Below are positions 56,092-64,000 of a DNA stretch of 64,000 nucleotides, one piece after another. The position numbers were made by a program, and so were the translations under genes. The number at the start of each line of letters is the position of its first letter. Position 1 is the first letter of the stretch. The stretch lies in the IMG/VR virus record IMGVR_UViG_3300050151_000086, positions 1,575-65,574 of that record; one strand, written 5' to 3'. Origin of the DNA: a virus. Under the pieces are notes generated by a model. The model was given only the letters and a program-made list of their open reading frames with translations, had not been told where the DNA came from and searched no databases.

Positions 56092-59033
56092 AATGCTTGC
56101 ACTCCTTCTCGTGAAAGGAGTTTGAGGCTGAATCGAACTACTCGCTCAGTGCTTCCGTTTTCCCGGAGGGGTGACCCGGGAACCTGCTTCTCAGTGCAGG
56201 GGGAGTAGTTGGTCAAGGCGTGGCTGAATGCGTCCAGGTTGTCGAACAGCGGGGTGTCTCGGACGGTGGCGCAGTAGATGCGGTACTTGTCGTATGCCTT
56301 CTCAACCTTGAGGTCCAAAAAACCCTCACCCAGCATGTAGTCCTGGCCTGCCACGATGTCGTAGGGGCTGTCCCTCTCACGGCTCAGCAAGGCGATACGG
56401 CTCAGCACCTTGCTCATCTCGCTGATCGCATAGAGCTGGACGACCTGGTTGTCTTCGCCATCCGTCTCGTCGTTCTTGGCCGTGGCGAGGGCGTGGCACA
56501 TGGTGTCGAACTCATCTCCGAACACACCATGCAGCGCCCGCTTGAAGATGGACAAGCCGTGGATCACGACCGCACGGTTGAAGATCATGCGCGGCGCCAG
56601 GCGCCGCTTGTTCTCATCATCAATGGCCGGCTGACGCAGCTCGATGTCAGCGATGATCGCCCTCAGCTCATCACGGAAGCCGGGTAGGCCGATCTTGAAG
56701 CCCATGGTGACGATCTCCCTGCCGATGGAGGAGATGATCGTGGGGTCCATCTGGAGTCGGTTGAACGCTGCGCTGCGCTTGGCCGAGTGGAACAGCTTGG
56801 AGAAGGGCACGCAGACCGAGCGTTCCACGATGGCTGTCTCCATCTCGATGGCCTCACCCATGAAGCAGATGGGAGCCGTCGCCTTGCTCTTGATCAGGGC
56901 CAGACTGTTCTCAGCACCCTTGTTCACCGTACCGCGTTCGCCGATGTCGCCGCCGATGTACGAAGCCTTGAACAAGTCCTTGAGCTTCTCGAACTTGCCC
57001 TTGGCCGACCTCAGCTCGCGGGGCTTGTACTCGTCGATGATGAAGGGCGCTGACGTGGAGCTGGACGCATGGGAGTCCAGGGCAAACGGGGTGAACGACA
57101 TTGCCGACTTGATCGAGATGCGGTCAGACATGTACCAGTGGAAGTGGGCCATGGTGATGATGCTCTGCGACTTGCCAGAGCCAGCCTCGCCGAAGGCCTG
57201 CAGCATCGGGAACTGTCCAAACAGCCTCAGGTAGATGCTGCGGTAGTGCGCAGCGCAGAACCAACCGATCAGGTCAGCCACGACCGTGGGCTTGTTGAAG
57301 TTGAACAGGTCGTAGACGGACTCGCTCATTGACTTCTCAAGGGGCGGTGCCCAGTGGATGTCGATGTCGTAGCTGCTGACCGCCATCGTCGGCTTGTACT
57401 TGAGCTGGAAGTACGCCGGGTCATCCGGTGCGATGGATGACAGAAACGTGTCCTTCGTCAAGAACACCTTCACAGGTGTCGGCTTGTCAGCCTCAGGGTG
57501 GTTGATGATGAAGAACCCCTCCCTGGGGTAGGTGTAGACCTTGCCACCCCGTTCGGCCTTCTCTGCCATGATGTCCATGAGTGCTGCAGCGTCTGAGTCG
57601 CTGCCCTGAAATGAGATTTGGTAGGCAGCAAAGAACTTGCGTAGTTGCTGAGCTGACGTGAAGATTTCTGATGAAGCCATTTGCCGGCTGCGCTTCTTGC
57701 CCGCGATGACAATGTCGAACTCATACCCCATGAACGTGGACTTCTCAACGTCGTAGAAGGCATCGACGTTGCGCAGAGTCGCTCTGCACACCGGCTCGAC
57801 ATCCTCGCCACTCTTCTTGAACATACCCTCAGCATTCATGAAGAAGCCACGACGCAGCTTGCGGTGGATGTTGAGGTCCACCACAGCCGGTGCCTCCCCA
57901 GCATCACCATCAGCCGTGTCGGTCTCGGCAGGCCCTACCACCTCGGGTGGCTTCGTTTCCCGGTCCTCACGATCCTCGGTGGCAAGCACCCCCAGGTCGC
58001 TGGTGTCGGTGCCCTGCTTGAGCAGCCTGACCAGTGGGTCCACCTCGAAGTCGTAGAGCGAGTTCTCGCTCATGTACTCCCACATGCGGGACAACTCTTC
58101 GCGGCGCCTGTCGGGGGAGTTGTAGCGGGTGCCGTCGCTGACGTGGCGCTCCACCAGGCCCTTGCACCTGTCGAGGAACTCAGCCAGCGGCATCGAGACG
58201 CTGGTGGCGTAGACGCTGAGCTGCATGGCAATAGACTGGAAGCCGGCCCGGTCGGAAATCTCCCGACCATCCATCAGCATCTCAACCGTGGGCGGCGTCT
58301 TCTTCGCGGCCCGCCACGGGTCAAGCACCACGTTGGCCTTGTCGACGCGCTTCTTCTTGTTGCGCATCTGGGAGGTGACCTTCTCCCGACCACGCTCGAA
58401 GAGCATGACGAACTTGGGGTTCGTCAGTGGTGGTGAGGGGATCGGCTCAACACGGGGCGCCTTGATAAGTTCACGGTAGAGGTCCGCGTCCATCGACAAG
58501 GCCTCCTCCAGCGTCAGGGGCACCTTGTAGCAGCCGTTCTCCCGCACGACGTTCGTGGTACGCCACTGGCGACCACGCTTGCCGGTGTAGACGTTCAGGT
58601 CGAGCGTGTCCACGATGAGCGACTCAGCCATCGTGCGGTAGACATAGGCCAGCCAGGGCGTCCCAGTGGGGGGCACCTTGGCCATGAAGCACTCAGCCGG
58701 AATCTCGACGTGAAAGCCCTTGCTGCCTGAGGCATACAGGCGGGCCTGGGTCAGGTCAAAGTCGAGGTCGGCGTCGAGCTTGACCAGGAAGTCCTTGAAC
58801 CTGTCACAGACCAGGGGCAGATCGTCGCCGGCATCGAAGTCGGCGTAGAACGGGCCACGGTAGCGGACCTTCGACCAGTCCCTGTCCTCAGGGACCGTGT
58901 TCAGCTCCAGGACGGTGCTGAATGCGGGCTTACGGGAAAGAACCTTGTCCCGGTCGGACGCCAGGCTCATCTCCCACTTGCTCTCCTTGTTCTGCTGTTG
59001 GTGGAATATGTAGAAGGTGTTGGCGCTGGACAA
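56079..59033 (-). CDS. Primase-helicase fusion (AEP-like N-terminus, P-loop ATPase C-terminus)
   Basis: YADFD and SGSKGFHV primase motifs; GEAGSGKS Walker A, IIDEY Walker B; TTG start with RBS AGGAG. Confidence 0.8.
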   Translation of the reverse strand: MSSANTFYIFHQQQNKESKWEMSLASDRDKVLSRKPAFSTVLELNTVPEDRDWSKVRYRGPFYADFDAGDDLPLVCDRFKDFLVKLDADLDFDLTQARLYASGSKGFHVEIPAECFMAKVPPTGTPWLAYVYRTMAESLIVDTLDLNVYTGKRGRQWRTTNVVRENGCYKVPLTLEEALSMDADLYRELIKAPRVEPIPSPPLTNPKFVMLFERGREKVTSQMRNKKKRVDKANVVLDPWRAAKKTPPTVEMLMDGREISDRAGFQSIAMQLSVYATSVSMPLAEFLDRCKGLVERHVSDGTRYNSPDRRREELSRMWEYMSENSLYDFEVDPLVRLLKQGTDTSDLGVLATEDREDRETKPPEVVGPAETDTADGDAGEAPAVVDLNIHRKLRRGFFMNAEGMFKKSGEDVEPVCRATLRNVDAFYDVEKSTFMGYEFDIVIAGKKRSRQMASSEIFTSAQQLRKFFAAYQISFQGSDSDAAALMDIMAEKAERGGKVYTYPREGFFIINHPEADKPTPVKVFLTKDTFLSSIAPDDPAYFQLKYKPTMAVSSYDIDIHWAPPLEKSMSESVYDLFNFNKPTVVADLIGWFCAAHYRSIYLRLFGQFPMLQAFGEAGSGKSQSIITMAHFHWYMSDRISIKSAMSFTPFALDSHASSSTSAPFIIDEYKPRELRSAKGKFEKLKDLFKASYIGGDIGERGTVNKGAENSLALIKSKATAPICFMGEAIEMETAIVERSVCVPFSKLFHSAKRSAAFNRLQMDPTIISSIGREIVTMGFKIGLPGFRDELRAIIADIELRQPAIDDENKRRLAPRMIFNRAVVIHGLSIFKRALHGVFGDEFDTMCHALATAKNDETDGEDNQVVQLYAISEMSKVLSRIALLSRERDSPYDIVAGQDYMLGEGFLDLKVEKAYDKYRIYCATVRDTPLFDNLDAFSHALTNYSPCTEKQVPGSPLRENGSTERVVRFSLKLLSREGVQAFKSV

Positions 59034-59045
59034 GGGTCTCTCCTG

Positions 59046-59570
59046 TCAGCGGGTCAGGCCTTCAAATTCCCGGGCATAGCTGATACCCGTTTCGCAATAG
59101 ACGACACCGTACTCCCTCAGGTGAAATCGTGAGCGGGTACGGATGACCAGGTCAAACGCCAGGGAGCCACCCTCCACCTCATCTGGGGTAGTCGACCACC
59201 GCAGCTTGGCGTGCAGAGGCATCCAGATGAACACGGGGTATGAGAAAAGCTGGACCGGCTTGTAGCCAATGATCAGCTCCTTGCCGAGTGTCTCACTGCG
59301 AATCTCACAAGAGGCACCGCTCTTGTCGTCTGCAACAAAGTCCAGGATTTTGATAGTGTCCAGAATGCGTGGCTTGCGCGGCGCACTCTCCATCACTCCG
59401 GGCTGCCGCTGCTCAACCTCGTAGATGATGAGGGAGCGGTTGCGGTAGCAGGCCTCACTGCGGACGTGGGCCAGTGTGTCATAAACCTTTTTCTTGTCGC
59501 CGTCAATGGCCTCCAGCAAAGCCTCGTAGTGGTTGCCGGGTGTCATGAACTGCTGTGCTGCTTGAGCCAT
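59046..59570 (-). CDS. Hypothetical protein
   Basis: RBS AAAGGA; 174 aa. Confidence 0.7.
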   Translation of the reverse strand: MAQAAQQFMTPGNHYEALLEAIDGDKKKVYDTLAHVRSEACYRNRSLIIYEVEQRQPGVMESAPRKPRILDTIKILDFVADDKSGASCEIRSETLGKELIIGYKPVQLFSYPVFIWMPLHAKLRWSTTPDEVEGGSLAFDLVIRTRSRFHLREYGVVYCETGISYAREFEGLTR

Positions 59571-59633
59571 TTGTTGATCCTTTGCTGGGCCAGGCGGCGA
59601 TTCTACGCACGTCCTGCCCTTTGTCCCAAAACG

Positions 59634-59879
59634 TCAATCCGACCGCGCTGGCATCGCGGGTGGGATGTATGTAGAAATTGCGGTGGTAACCGCGATGGAT
59701 CGCACCTTGCTGGGATTGGTCTTTGCCATGATCCTCAGCGAGATCGCTGCGAAGGTTTCGATGCCGGCCCAGGCATCACTGATCGCTGGGTCGGAGAGGT
59801 CCAACAACTTACGGATGGTCGACAGGTCATCCATCAAGTCGTTGGTGATCTCCCCTATATCAGTCCGTGCTCTTGCCAC
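59634..59879 (-). CDS. Hypothetical protein
   Basis: GTG start with RBS AGGAG; 81 aa. Confidence 0.6.
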   Translation of the reverse strand: MARARTDIGEITNDLMDDLSTIRKLLDLSDPAISDAWAGIETFAAISLRIMAKTNPSKVRSIAVTTAISTYIPPAMPARSD

Positions 59880-59881
59880 AT

Positions 59882-61318
59882 TCAGTCTCCTAGTGTTGTC
59901 CCGCCGTCTTCGCCGAATATCTCCCGACGAAGATCAATAGCGTTCCGTACTACCTTGTTGATGAGCGTGTCATTCTCGATGAGCGTCCTAAAGCCACGTA
60001 CCTGCAAGGTGCCTCGGGCCACAGGAAGCATGACGTGAACCTTAAACCGCTGGCCCCGCCGCTGGACACGGGCAATGGCCTGGTGGAAGTCCCGAGGCTG
60101 CTGGCAGGGTTCGATGCACAGCACGGTGTGACAGGCGTGCTGCAGCCCGTCCAGACCCTTACCGCCGCTGACATACTGGATGACGATGACCCGGCAAGTG
60201 GGGTCGTCGATGAAGCGTTGGACGTTGAGGTCCTTCTGCTTCTCCGAGACCTCGGAGTTGACCGAGACCGCGCCGAACTTACCCAGCTTGCCTACTAAGC
60301 CTCGCACCGTCATCTTGTAGTGCGCAAACACAACGAGCTTGGCAGAGCCCAGCGCATGGAGCTTCTCCTCGATCATCTCCACGGCTGCAGAGGTCTTTGA
60401 GGGGTCGCCAGCAAAGTGACCCCAGTTACAGACGATCTGACCCAGAGCGTGTCTGAGCTTGTTGGCACTGGTTGCCTCGATCTTGCCGCCGTCGTCGAGC
60501 TTGAGCATCTCCTCCGTCGCCAGCTTGCGGTAGAGTTTCGTGTGGTCGTCGTCGAGATCGTACTGGATCGGGTCGTACAGTGGGTTCTCGATGTCAGAGT
60601 ACATGTCCTGATAGAGCACCCGCTTGGAGTTGATCATCAGGTTCGTGTTCATGACATCGAGGAGCTTCCACTCCTTGGGCTTGTCGTAGAAGTCGAACTC
60701 CTCGACGTGGATGTTCTCGAAGTGCTTCTTGCTTCGGTAGACGCCCGGTGCTGTGAACTTCATCAGCCCGTAGGTATCAGCCGGGTTGTTGGCCGGTGTG
60801 CCCGTCAGGAGAAACTTCGGACGACCCACCAGGAACTCGAACACTGCCTCGTGATTGGCACTGTTGATGTTGGCAACGAAGGTGGCCTCATCAACGATGC
60901 CGCAGTAGTTCGTTCCGTTGAAATACGCCACAAAGCGGTCGTAGTCACGCTTGAAGATTTGGACGCCCACCAAGACAAAGTCGGCGTCGAGGCTCAAGGC
61001 CTTACGCTGCTTGGGGTTGCCCCGGTACTCAACGATGTCCAGGGCAGGGGAGATGAGGCGTAGCCACCTTGCCCACTGCCGGATGAGCAGCGGAGGCATG
61101 ATGACCACGCAGCGGCAGCCTGTGGTCGCCCGATGGAAGAGCGCACAGGCCGTCGACACGAAGGTCTTGCCGGTTCCCATGTCGAGCCAGATGCCCGCCT
61201 CGTTCTTCTCGGCAAGCTCGTTGATGGACTCGATCTGGAGCGGCTCGGGAACGAAGGGTATCGCCCCGATCCGCTCCGGGAAACGGTAGAAGTCAAGCAC
61301 CGTTTCCCACGGGGTCAT
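59882..61318 (-). CDS. SNF2-family superfamily 2 helicase
   Basis: DMGTGKT, IVDEAT, LLTGTP, GLDGLQ, QAIARVQRRGQ. Confidence 0.9.
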   Translation of the reverse strand: MTPWETVLDFYRFPERIGAIPFVPEPLQIESINELAEKNEAGIWLDMGTGKTFVSTACALFHRATTGCRCVVIMPPLLIRQWARWLRLISPALDIVEYRGNPKQRKALSLDADFVLVGVQIFKRDYDRFVAYFNGTNYCGIVDEATFVANINSANHEAVFEFLVGRPKFLLTGTPANNPADTYGLMKFTAPGVYRSKKHFENIHVEEFDFYDKPKEWKLLDVMNTNLMINSKRVLYQDMYSDIENPLYDPIQYDLDDDHTKLYRKLATEEMLKLDDGGKIEATSANKLRHALGQIVCNWGHFAGDPSKTSAAVEMIEEKLHALGSAKLVVFAHYKMTVRGLVGKLGKFGAVSVNSEVSEKQKDLNVQRFIDDPTCRVIVIQYVSGGKGLDGLQHACHTVLCIEPCQQPRDFHQAIARVQRRGQRFKVHVMLPVARGTLQVRGFRTLIENDTLINKVVRNAIDLRREIFGEDGGTTLGD

Positions 61319-61791
61319 GCAGCCGCCCTGAAGTTGACGCTGATGACGTTGCCAGTAATGGTGACAGGTGGATTTGTTTCAAGCATGCGGTCAGATGCCT
61401 CCTTGCATCGTTGTAGGACCAGGGCAGCCCAGTCGTCACGCCCTGACGCTTGGGAAGTCCTGAAATTTGCCGGCTCCTGGCGCTCGAACCACTCAGCAAA
61501 CGCCAATGGGTGCATCATCAGTTTGCGCATGGTGACCACATCTGCAGCCACATCACGCATGACAGCCACGAGCAGGCCCTGCACTGGGCTGTAATGCTTG
61601 AACCACCGCTTACCTGTGGTGGGGACCAGGTCGATGGTTGGGCTGGATAGCCAGAAGAGATTCCACACGGGTATAGAGTCTGTCAGGCCCTGGATCACTG
61701 AGACCTCATCCTGTGCAACCCCGTCCAGGTGGTAGGCCGGTATCGGGTGGTGCGAGTACCGCACAGCCCCTTCCCGCACTAATTTCGTCAC
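61315..61791 (-). CDS. Hypothetical protein
   Basis: RBS GAGGGAG; 158 aa. Confidence 0.65.
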   Translation of the reverse strand: MTKLVREGAVRYSHHPIPAYHLDGVAQDEVSVIQGLTDSIPVWNLFWLSSPTIDLVPTTGKRWFKHYSPVQGLLVAVMRDVAADVVTMRKLMMHPLAFAEWFERQEPANFRTSQASGRDDWAALVLQRCKEASDRMLETNPPVTITGNVISVNFRAAA

Positions 61792-61804
61792 TTGTTCTAC
61801 TCCC

Positions 61805-62053
61805 TCAGGTAAGCCCCTGCGCCGCAGCCAGGGCGGCTGCAGGAAGTTGCAACTGCGTGCAACGAAACAGGGGCTTCACATTCTCGTTGACGAATGCACC
61901 AGCGGAGGGAGCTGTCATCAGCCTGTCAAAGACCTCCTTGGGAACAAGGTGGTAGACATACGCCCCACCTCTGATGTAGTTAATCCGCAGCTCGCCTTCA
62001 GACCAGCTTGCAGACCTGACGTTGGAGCTTCCGAGGAACTCGTGATCCATCAT
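61805..62053 (-). CDS. KTSC domain protein
   Basis: SSNVRSA...LRINY..G..YVY..VP.EV...LM.APSAG.FVN.NVK. Confidence 0.88.
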   Translation of the reverse strand: MMDHEFLGSSNVRSASWSEGELRINYIRGGAYVYHLVPKEVFDRLMTAPSAGAFVNENVKPLFRCTQLQLPAAALAAAQGLT

Positions 62054-62301
62054 TGAATTGCCTTCTTGACGATGAGGTCCATGGGGCTGTACCCACGGTC
62101 CAGTTGATACATGCCGTCTGCCCAGAACAGCTCCAGCGACAGGTCCCACAGGTCGAGCATGACGAGGCTCTGGCTGTTGGACACGGCAAACTCAAACGCA
62201 ACGAACCGGAAGGGTCTCCCCTCCCGGCTCGTAACTTCAGACCCGGTCATCGCACAGCCGAGGTCGAAGACCGCGCTTCCGTGCTCCAGCCGGGTGGTCA
62301 T
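62050..62301 (-). CDS. Hypothetical protein
   Basis: Coupled overlaps. Confidence 0.6.
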   Translation of the reverse strand: MTTRLEHGSAVFDLGCAMTGSEVTSREGRPFRFVAFEFAVSNSQSLVMLDLWDLSLELFWADGMYQLDRGYSPMDLIVKKAIQ

Positions 62302-62519
62302 CAGACTGCCGTGGCTTCGCTCGGGCGAATCTTGGACAGGCGCAGCTTGCCGTCGACCTTGCGGGTTTCGCCGTCGACCAGCACGGCAAACCAGGCGTCG
62401 AGGCCGGTGCTTTCATGCTTGATCTTCGACTTCAGCACGCCTTCGACACGCTCGCCGTTGCGGCGGGTGAACTTGACACGGCTGTGCAATTTGATCGTTT
62501 GTGCTGCCTTGGTGACCAT
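62301..62519 (-). CDS. Hypothetical SH3-like basic protein
   Basis: RBS AAAGGA; 72 aa. Confidence 0.6.
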   Translation of the reverse strand: MVTKAAQTIKLHSRVKFTRRNGERVEGVLKSKIKHESTGLDAWFAVLVDGETRKVDGKLRLSKIRPSEATAV

Positions 62520-62643
62520 GACGTATTTCCTTTGTGGTGGGAGTGACAAATGTGCAGCCCATTGATTTCAAGGCGTTCCCGGGGCTGCTGCGGAATCAGT
62601 GACTACCCTGCCCCTATCCATAGGGGTTGTTCCTGGGTAATAG

Positions 62644-63219
62644 TTACGACATGCGGGCCGTCAGGCCCCCCTTATCCAGGCGGGCCTCAGCGGCTTCGTC
62701 GCTGTACGCGTCGGGGAAGCGCAGCCGCAGCTTGTCAATGTTCATGGCAAGGACTTCACCGAGGTCTGTGCCCAGGGCAACGCACGCCTCGATGATTGAG
62801 AACTTGGAGATACCAAGGACTTCAACGCTCTCGACACTGTCCGTTTCAGTGGGTTTGCAGGTCAGCATCCAGGTGTAGCCGGCCAGGATTGCTCCGGTCG
62901 CGCAGAGACCTGTCAGTGGGTCCATCTTCTTGAGCTGCTCCTGTGTTTCCAGGTCCGTCACGGGGACATCACCCATCGACAAGTGCAGGCTCGCAGCCAG
63001 CAGGGCGGTGTACCAGCAGAAGTCGCCGATCTCCTCGACCATGTGCGCAATCATCTCTGGTGTCGCCGTGCGGCCGTAGATTTCGATGCGCTTGACCTCA
63101 GTGGCGAACTCGCCGATCTCAGTGGTCAGACCGAAGGCGGCGTGGCGGAGGTTCTCCGTCGTCGTCGGGAACATCTTGGCCGTGCGCAGGGCCAGGGGTT
63201 GGTACTCGGCCCAGTTCAT
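62644..63219 (-). CDS. MazG-like nucleotide pyrophosphohydrolase
   Basis: YQ..ALRT...GLTTEIGE...EEIGD..WY...NIDKLRLRFP. Confidence 0.88.
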   Translation of the reverse strand: MNWAEYQPLALRTAKMFPTTTENLRHAAFGLTTEIGEFATEVKRIEIYGRTATPEMIAHMVEEIGDFCWYTALLAASLHLSMGDVPVTDLETQEQLKKMDPLTGLCATGAILAGYTWMLTCKPTETDSVESVEVLGISKFSIIEACVALGTDLGEVLAMNIDKLRLRFPDAYSDEAAEARLDKGGLTARMS

Positions 63220-63446
63220 CGTGCAACTCCTGCGCGGCGCAGCGGCTGCGGCGACTGGACAAACATCGGCTCGTCATTGGCCGGCGCAGTGCCAACGATG
63301 CGGTCGACGCCGGCCTGGTAGGTCTCAGCCAGACTGCGGTGATGGTCAGCCAGGGCCTGGAGACGCGCAACGCCGCCTTCAACGACGCTGATCTCTTGTG
63401 CGGCCAGGTCGCTCTGGGTGACACGGAACAGATTCTTGAACTTCAT
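63216..63446 (-). CDS. Hypothetical protein
   Basis: RBS AAGGAG; 76 aa. Confidence 0.7.
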   Translation of the reverse strand: MKFKNLFRVTQSDLAAQEISVVEGGVARLQALADHHRSLAETYQAGVDRIVGTAPANDEPMFVQSPQPLRRAGVAR

Positions 63447-63465
63447 ATGGACTCCTTCAGGTGAG

Positions 63466-63500
63466 GTGACGCAGTACGTCACGAGTTGCGATTATGTCAA
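63466..63500 (-). promoter_or_regulatory. TTGACA hexamer with downstream palindrome GTGACG-N5-CGTCAC, candidate promoter/operator
   Basis: Direct reading; the -10 match is weak. Confidence 0.4.
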
Positions 63501-63504
63501 AGTT

Positions 63505-63993
63505 TTAGTAGAGGCGGTAGATGTAGTAAGTCTGATCTCCTGCGTCCTCCCACTCCTCGTTGCCGTCGTAGCTGGCAAGGTTGTGACCCCGTCCGTCGAT
63601 CTTGGCATCCGACTTCCAACGCTCGCGGTCGAAGTAGGGTCCATCGGCACCGGGGACGCACTCGTCGAGGAAGCTGTCGAGGGCTCCATCCCAGGCTTTG
63701 TCGGCGTCGCTGTCGTCCAGGACACGGTAGCACCGCTTCCCGACGTTGATGATGCCGTGATCGTTGATGTCCAACTCCTCGAACTCACCGAGGTTGAAGC
63801 ACAGGGCGAGGACACGGCAGGCGTCATCCTCGTGGTCGGCCAGGTAGAGCCAGCCCTCAGGAAGGATTTCGTTTTCGTCCGCATCCAGCTCGAATTCAGG
63901 TGCCTCGGTCACGCCGTAGGGGGCAGCGTAATAGCCGTCCTGGAGTTTCCTGCTGGTGAAGCTGAGTTGCAGCGGCTTGCGTGAGTAGTCCAT
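63505..63993 (-). CDS. Acidic hypothetical protein
   Basis: 162 aa, strongly Asp/Glu-rich; FDRERWKSDA..DGRGH.LASYDG.E motif. Confidence 0.75.
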   Translation of the reverse strand: MDYSRKPLQLSFTSRKLQDGYYAAPYGVTEAPEFELDADENEILPEGWLYLADHEDDACRVLALCFNLGEFEELDINDHGIINVGKRCYRVLDDSDADKAWDGALDSFLDECVPGADGPYFDRERWKSDAKIDGRGHNLASYDGNEEWEDAGDQTYYIYRLY

Positions 63994-64000
63994 TAGTAAA

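Larger units (their letters stand above)
1..64000. mobile_element. Temperate siphovirus-type phage genome (partial, non-integrated form)
   Basis: Continuous terminase-portal-protease-capsid-tail-lysis arm, integrase plus intact attP, replication arm; no host housekeeping genes. Confidence 0.97.

Noticed and set aside
11926-57435. Long antisense ORFs (e.g. 11926-13077, 16572-17855, 20511-21833, 46130-47197, 49034-50521)
   Set aside because: Expected by-product of high GC3 codon bias opposite real genes; no motifs
1-64000. CRISPR array or mini-array
   Set aside because: No regularly spaced identical repeats with unique spacers; the repeats found are coding or too short and degenerate
1-64000. 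Stop-codon recoding (alternative genetic code)
   Set aside because: Core genes are full length under code 11, and all three stop codons terminate genes

Overview
The whole window is part of one tailed dsDNA phage genome (siphovirus-type, GC-rich, probably infecting a betaproteobacterium). It is shown in the non-integrated state, because an intact attP sits between phage genes. Layout: (i) 1-1347, a minus-strand Ala-rich ORF that runs off the left edge and is absent from the ORF track; (ii) 1675-37559, a plus-strand late arm with regulators, terminase, an unusual nine-gene insert between terminase and portal, portal, a small-ORF island, S49 protease/scaffold, decoration and major capsid proteins, neck, tail tube, frameshifted chaperones, tape measure, lambda-like M/L/K/I/J tail tip, holin-like protein and endolysin; (iii) 37608-38913, a tyrosine integrase with atypical catalytic residues and an attP whose core is a tRNA 3' end; (iv) 38918-64000, a minus-strand early/replication arm with a Tad1-like anti-defence protein, a membrane protein/lipoprotein pair, ThyX, dCMP deaminase, ParB-like protein, SbcCD, ATP-dependent ligase, full-length Pol I, dNTP pyrophosphohydrolases, primase-helicase and SNF2 helicase. 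No CRISPR array, rRNA, complete tRNA, reverse transcriptase or transposase was seen. All family calls come from motif recognition by eye, without database searches.
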